NCBI RefSeq assembly: GCF_009914755.1
Contig: NC_060932.1
Length of the DNA stretch: 64,000 nt
Source of the DNA: the human T2T-CHM13v2.0 reference genome, Homo sapiens
Direction: 5' to 3' (one strand)
Below, one piece after another: positions 39,716-64,000 of the stretch. The notes under the pieces are model-generated. The model was given only the letters and a program-made list of their open reading frames with translations. It was not told the DNA's origin and did not search any database. Made by a program: the position numbers and the translations under genes. Every line of letters begins with the position of its first letter. Within the stretch, counting starts at the first letter, position 1.

Positions 39716-40100
39716 CAGTGGTTCTCAGGGTGGGGTTCCCTGACCAACAACATCAGCATCACCTGGGATCTGGTTAGAAATGCAAATTCCCGGGCCCTAC
39801 CCTAGCCTTACTGAAACTGAAACTCCCAGGTGGGGCCCCTGCCATCTGGGTTTCCATAGGCCTCCAGGGGCTTCCGAGACATGCTAAAGTTCGAGAAGAA
39901 CTGGATTAGGCCTCTGTTTCCAAAACTATCCTAGTGATAAAAAAAATAACCTGGGGCCCTGATTAAAAGGAAAGATTCTCAGAACCCATTCCCTGGAGTT
40001 ACTCAGAGTCACTCCGTAGAGCCGCTCTGGGGCCCCCGAGAGTAGGTATTTTAACCAGCAGCCCAGGTGCCTCTTCTCCTCTGGCAAGTTTAGGAAACTG
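39716..40100. mobile_element. MER5A (39716-39903) plus adjacent MER5-family fragment (~39910-40100), hAT-Charlie
   Basis: 'cagtggttctca...catcagcatcacctggga...ttagaaatgcaaattc...gctaaagttcgagaa' MER5A hallmark. Confidence 0.8.
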
Positions 40101-40657
40101 CATGAGTTATCTCAAAGTCTTCCCTTCTAGAAGGCTTTCTAGAACAAAAGTGAGGTTGAGTGAGGATTAAAGAGATTCCCTCTCCTCCTGTCCTTCGAAG
40201 TATGAGCTGGAGGACAGACGGAACCTGAGGCAGGCAAAAAGATTGTGTTTATATCTGTAAGGAAACTCTTGCCAGTAAAAGATGGAGAAGGGAGGCATGG
40301 CTGGGCCAATGTCCCTGTGTGCAGAGATACAGGAAAGATGGAAGATACACTTTGATAACTAGCTGAAATGGCCTCCAGGCAAGAGGGAGATAAAGAGGAT
40401 AGTGTACAATTGACCACTTACCTTGGCAAGATATGCCTAAATTAGGTGTTCACAATTTAGAAGACTGGGTGTGTGCAGCGTTGAGTAATGCCAATTGTAG
40501 GTACAGCTTCAGCATTCTATTGACATTAGATTGCCTTCCATCTTGACTCTGGAAACAGTGCCAGTGACTAGGGGCCCACTTCGACGGGCAGGCAAAGAAG
40601 GCAAGCCCTGGAAGTCCCCCAGCCTCTGCTAACAAATGCCTGAAACTACACCCCTAA

Positions 40658-46320
<5,663 letters not shown>

Positions 46321-46389
46321 ACTTGAGCCCAGGATCTCAAGACCAGCCTGGGCAACATGGTAAGCCCCCCATCTTAGTAAAAACTCTTT

Positions 46390-47357
46390 TTTATTTTATT
46401 CACTTATTTTTTTAAACAAGAAGTTTATTTAAACAACAAGACTTGAAGGGAAAACTATCTAGGATTCTTTTTTGTTTTAGAGTAATTTATCCCTACTTAA
46501 AGACAGATTGCCCTACATGTAACAGCTACGTAGAAAAAAGTTATAAAATTGTCCTTGGTTTTACAATGATAAATGAAAAACAGTAAAATTCTCCAATTGA
46601 ACAAAGTATGCAAGGATTTTTATTTTTTATTTATTTATTTTTTTGTTAAAACAGTGAGAGTAAAATAAATTACTGGAATATAAAGAGCTGAATGAGCATG
46701 CTACTAATGGAGAAAGGGGGTATTTTCACAGAATCAGTATTTTTCCCCATTCCATCTCCACTTGATGTCAATCAAAACATACCATTGGCTGTTTAGTTAA
46801 AAAAAAATGCAATATGCTTGTGCACATATACCAATTACTTTACATACAATAAAGGAATGGGAAAAGGGGAAATGAAAGAATAGAGAAAACTATACTGTAG
46901 TAGTCAGGATGTGGTGGAACCAAATTGCAGTTTTCTAATTGAGAATGTAATCTCCTCGGTCTTGAAAGAACAGAGTTCTGGAGTAAAGAAGCAGGTTCCT
47001 TTTTCAGTAGACACCTCCCGTCTGCTGTTGGAACACATCAATTGTATCTTCATCCTCCATTTCCAACTGTGCAGGTGTGTCTGTTTCATTGATTGGTTAC
47101 CTGTGGAATTGTAATCTAATCTGCCTCATTGACAATCCCTGTCTTTCACAATAGGCTTTCATTAGTTTACTAAGTGGTGTATGCCTCTTAATCTTAAACT
47201 GCATCACAGAACCATCTTTCCCTGCCACCGTTAAATTTGTATGATCGTGGTTCTCAGCCTTGACTCCTTCCTTGGGCTTTTCGTCAGCTATGGTGAGCAT
47301 CAGAGTCTCCTCAGCTGTAGCTTCACAAGAGAGGTACCAGGTTCGCATGGAACGAGC
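46390..47357 (-). pseudogene. SUMO2: Processed pseudogene of SUMO2
   Basis: Intronless 5'UTR, CDS (47291-47004) and full 3'UTR, with AATAAA (~46424-46429, - strand) and a degenerate polyA. Translation: (I)[96 protein letters not shown]>ATA at 47289-47291, premature TAA at 47097-47099. TSD-like AAAA(C)TCTTTTTT on both sides. Confidence 0.96.
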
Positions 47358-47387
47358 AAAATCTTTTTTTTAAAAAAATTAATAATA

Positions 47388-48190
<803 letters not shown>

Positions 48191-48379
48191 AAAAGCTGTC
48201 TACTTAGGGAATGTTTTGAAATAAATGGAGCCCTTCAATTCTACCCTGATAGTCAACATTTTATCTATTAGCCAGACCTTCAGAGAATGACAAATGTAGA
48301 CCATATAATTTTGTGTCCGTTCATTGCTGTTATGCCATCAGCCTATGTTGAGAGATGTTCCAAGGAGCTCCACCATACA

Positions 48380-48595
48380 CCATGGTGCCTGTAGTTAATA
48401 ACAATATAATGTATTCTTGAAAAATGCCAACAGAGTGGATGTTATGCATTCTTGCCACAAAAATGATAGCTATGTGAGGTAATGCATATGTTAATTAGCT
48501 AGATCTTGTCATTCCACAATGTATATATACAGAATATCATGCTACACATGATAAATACAATTTTATCTGTCAATTTAAACAATGAAATAAAAATT
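48380..48595 (+). mobile_element. L1MA 3' end fragment
   Basis: 'ctatgtgaggtaatgcatatgttaattagctagat...cattccacaatgtatatatac'. Confidence 0.8.
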
Positions 48596-48732
48596 TTAAA
48601 GGAGCTCAAAAAATCTATTTTATTTATCTACAGTGACCTTGGGATTTCCTGAAGGAAAAGCATTGGAGTAGAAGTAAGAGCTGACTGTGAAAGCCTGAGG
48701 AGGAGCTGCCTTATTGTTAAGGGGTAGCAAGA

Positions 48733-49830
<1,098 letters not shown>

Positions 49831-49835
49831 AACTA

Positions 49836-50334
49836 GAACTCTGACCGACAACCTGCAGCCACCTGCCCAGAAAATCAATCCCTTATCTACAATTAACAGC
49901 ACAGGGATCCAGCATGCTTAACTCAGACTTGCAGAAGCCACACTCTATCTCTAAAACAGTTCGGGATGCTAAATAACACCAGCTATAACGACTGGCCCAA
50001 AATGGCTAGGAAGAACTTGATTAGTAACTGACAGCTTCCCTGGTTTTTATGCTCACTTCCAACTTAGGACCAAGCAGAAAAGTCAAATACACACCCCTAA
50101 CCAATCACATCAGGTGCTTTCCTTCAGTTAGCCACCTACAGTTTTCCCAAGCCAGCAGCCTCCATTCAGGACCGACCTGAAGCCTTCCCTTTTTCTGCTA
50201 TAAAGCTTTTCTGTTTCCCCTACCTGCCTTTGAGACTCTGCAAACACAAGTGATGGTGGCTGACTGCCTTGCTATAGCAAGCGCTGAATAAATAGCCTTT
50301 GCTTTTCTCAGTTGGTCTTCATTTATGTCTACAG

Positions 50335-50335
<1 letters not shown>
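49836..50335 (+). mobile_element. ERV-type solo LTR (family not assigned)
   Basis: CCAAT box (taaccaatcac), TATA-like ctataaa, AATAAA at ~50287 and a terminal ...ACA give an LTR architecture. Confidence 0.6.
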
Positions 50336-51330
<995 letters not shown>

Positions 51331-51492
51331 GCTATGAGACAAAAGAGAAAAAATGCAAGGACTAAATACCCATTGTTCTGAAATATGTTTTTTCTGTTTT
51401 TCTACTCAATAAACGCAGATCTGCCTCATTCTTCGTAACTGCCGCATTTGGGAGAGAAATATCAATCTGTTTGTGCATCCTTTTAGTGTTGG

Positions 51493-51904
<412 letters not shown>

Positions 51905-52309
51905 TTAATACAGAGAAGTAACACCTTGAGGAAACAAAGCGTGCTACTTCACCCCCAAATCACAGCGGTAATTACCTTCCCGATGTTCATTTGGGTAAAA
52001 ATCATCCTTCATTAGATTTACGTTTTCTGATGTTGGAATACTAAATTAGGTAGTTGTCTTCCTAATAAGTCACCTTGGGTATTACCTGTGCATTCTCTAT
52101 TCAGATCAGTGGTCTGGGAATAAAACGTAGGAGGGAGAAGGGGGGAATTCGGGAAGTTAGATAGCGTTGGTGGCAAGATGGAGGAGCCACAGGACTGTTC
52201 TGAATGATGCCACCAAAATGTTGGTTTCATAAAAAACAGGCTAATAAATCCTCTTAACAAGAATTTACCAACACTGAAGTTCAGCTTTACTATGCTCTGC
52301 AAGACGACT

Positions 52310-54128
<1,819 letters not shown>

Positions 54129-54229
54129 TTAATTTCTATTTCTAAGCCTGTGGATATTCACTTTTGCAATGCTGCAGCAGTTTTCAAAACCAGAGTCTAA
54201 ATTCATTGCAGAAGTCCAGTAACCCCTGG

Positions 54230-54550
54230 TGTGCTTGATGGCAATGTCCACGCGGACGCTTCTGTTCTGTAATGATTTACTGACAACGTCTGCCCTGTGT
54301 GAACCAACGGGCGGGCAAGGCGCTGCAGGGAGGGACTCCAAAGACACACGCGCGCAGCCCTCCTCCCGCCCGCAGCCCTTCAGCTGCTACAGTGGCCACA
54401 GCTATTCCGAGGTCTATTCCGGCCTCGCCGCCGTGGCGAGGCTTGCGCATGCGCACTGGGCGCCTGAATAATGGCTCAGGCGCCGGCCCTGCCTGCGTTG
54501 CCCGCAGGCCGAAGTCCCCCACCCTGCTGCGGGTTTATCGCTCCAGCTCA
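54230..54550. promoter_or_regulatory. Short CpG-rich unique element with NRF1 site (candidate orphan promoter/enhancer)
   Basis: High GC and CpG content outside repeats; perfect TGCGCATGCGCA at 54444-54455; GC-box-like CCTCCCGCCCG at 54362-54372. Confidence 0.6.
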
Positions 54551-54632
54551 TGCTCATACTCCTTTGTACCATGGGATTTTACTTACAAAACAAGTTCAAC
54601 GATAAAATAATTAAGAATTTTAGGAGTGCAGG

Positions 54633-59255
<4,623 letters not shown>

Positions 59256-60069
59256 AGCCAAAATAATAGATGTCTGTGAACCTGGTTAGTTCTTCTGGAG
59301 TCATACATTCAAGCACCAGTTGGTTTGCAGAAATGCCAGGCTCTTACACATTTGGATTTCTGGTGCAATTCATCTGTCACTTTTTGACATGTGGTCAATT
59401 TTATGATAATTGAAGTTTAAGAGGAATTTGTAGAAAATAGGTCTTTGTACTTAAGGTGTAAGGAAATAACACACAAATGAATTTTCCCAGTTCCAGAAGC
59501 TTTTATCATCAAAATTTCTGGTTATTTTAGATGGAAATTTTTCTATATGTGTGTCTCATAACTGTTTTCCAAGAGAGACCAAGTCTCTCTTTTAGGGAGT
59601 TTCATTTCACATCCTGAAAAAATATGCATACTAGTGGGTACAGTGTGTTGGACTTCCAGGCAAAAGAAGACAGAGTGCTGTACCTACCAACTGCATGCCA
59701 AGAATGAATGCCTTCCTCCTTGACAGACATGACTGCCTTTGTTTCAGTCCCAGTCAGGGAAGGAGTCTCTGGAATCAGCACCTCACAGATTCCCTCTTCA
59801 TGGTATTCTGGCCTAACAGCTTTGTCCTCTTCTGTACGGTGACTTCTGACAGATGCAATCCACTTTCACAGCACATGACTGAGCATACCCAAGCCTGGGC
59901 ACCAGTTTTGAATGACCATATGTAACTTTATCCTTTTTCCTCCCACTCAAGAAAATATAGTGGAAAGCAAGTAAGAGTCATATTACTGTATAAATAACCT
60001 CAAATCTGCTCTGATTTTTTGTTAAAGCAAGCCAACATGGGTATATTTGCAAACTTGCGTATACTCTCT

Positions 60070-63350
<3,281 letters not shown>

Positions 63351-63479
63351 AGTGAGACTATTTTTAAAATGTACTGCCCAGCCCACTTCCCTGCCCTTTT
63401 AAGAGAATGTATTAAACATAATTGAACCTTTTTCTTCAGGGTCATCAGCATAACTATGTTGTATTTTCAGTATAGTAAA

Positions 63480-63990
63480 GTGATTCAGTGATGGTTGGGT
63501 GATTCCTCAGCAAGTTGCAGAACCTCCAAAGCTTCAGCTTCTTCATTTGTGAAATTAAGATGATAAGCATTTCTAGCACATAGGGTTATTAGGAGAATTA
63601 CAATGAAACATGTATAACACTTAGAAGAGAGGTAAAGAAAACTCAGTAACAGTAGCTGATAGATGCTGATGATGACCTACCATGCTTCATTTTGCAGATG
63701 GGAGAAAAGGGAGAAAGTGGTAGGGAGATGCCAAAAAATCCAAGATGTTAAAATCAAAAACAACTCTCTGAGGCATGTCAGTTTATGTTCCCTATGATCT
63801 TCCTGGCTTTCCTAGTTTCATAACTACTTACAAATCATTTATGCATGGGGCGTTTATCAAAAACCTGTGATGTGCCAGGCACTTTTCTTTATAGGATCTC
63901 TTTTTAATCCTTGTAGCAATCTTGTGTGATCAGCTACTTTACCAATGAGGACTCAAGGTTTGAAGACAAGTCCTGCCTCTAGTAAGTGAT
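63480..63990. mobile_element. MIR fragments
   Basis: 'cttcagcttcttcatttgtgaaatt', 'tgtgccaggcact...tttaatcct...atgaggactcaag'. Confidence 0.6.
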
Positions 63991-64000
63991 AGTCTTAAAT

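Noticed and set aside
39778-39787. Octamer ATGCAAAT
   Set aside because: Part of the MER5A consensus, so not informative by itself
40416-40432. ACTTACCTTGGCAAG resembling the U1 snRNA 5' end
   Set aside because: The match does not extend; at most a minus-strand splice-donor-like motif
54129-54610. 72-103 aa ORFs over the CpG-rich element
   Set aside because: Expected from stop-codon scarcity in GC-rich DNA; low-complexity products with no recognisable domain
59571-59591. 9-bp stem AAGAGAGAC-CAA-GTCTCTCTT followed by T's (terminator-like)
   Set aside because: Low-complexity, isolated, and intrinsic terminators are not relevant in this eukaryotic context

Overview
This is primate (human-like) genomic DNA that is extremely Alu-dense: by eye, around a hundred Alu copies or fragments cover about half the window. 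No intact protein-coding gene is supported, and almost all ORFs in the supplied track are Alu-derived artefacts. Two processed pseudogenes are recognisable. One is a full-length SDCBP (syntenin-1) retrocopy at 2395-5291 (+), with target-site duplications and three Alu interruptions. The other is a SUMO2 retrocopy at about 46390-47357 (-). Other repeats include a near-complete decayed Tigger1 DNA transposon (26991-30204), MER57B, MLT1 and other LTRs, and MER5/MER33, L1, L2, L3 and MIR fragments. The most notable unexplained signals are: (i) a CpG-rich orphan element at about 54.2-54.55 kb with a perfect NRF1 palindrome set among back-to-back hairpins; (ii) a 55-codon SDCBP-derived ORF that keeps all three ALIX-binding LYPxL motifs, behind a CpG-preserved 5' end and a strong CTCF motif; (iii) a 5-kb Alu-free island rich in homeodomain, MEIS, POU and AP-1 motifs; (iv) a ~137-bp templated copy of one Alu arm pasted into a neighbouring Alu. 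From memory only (unverified), this pseudogene pair could match the human 8q13.3 interval between SLCO5A1 and PRDM14. Repeat boundaries and subfamily names are by-eye approximations.
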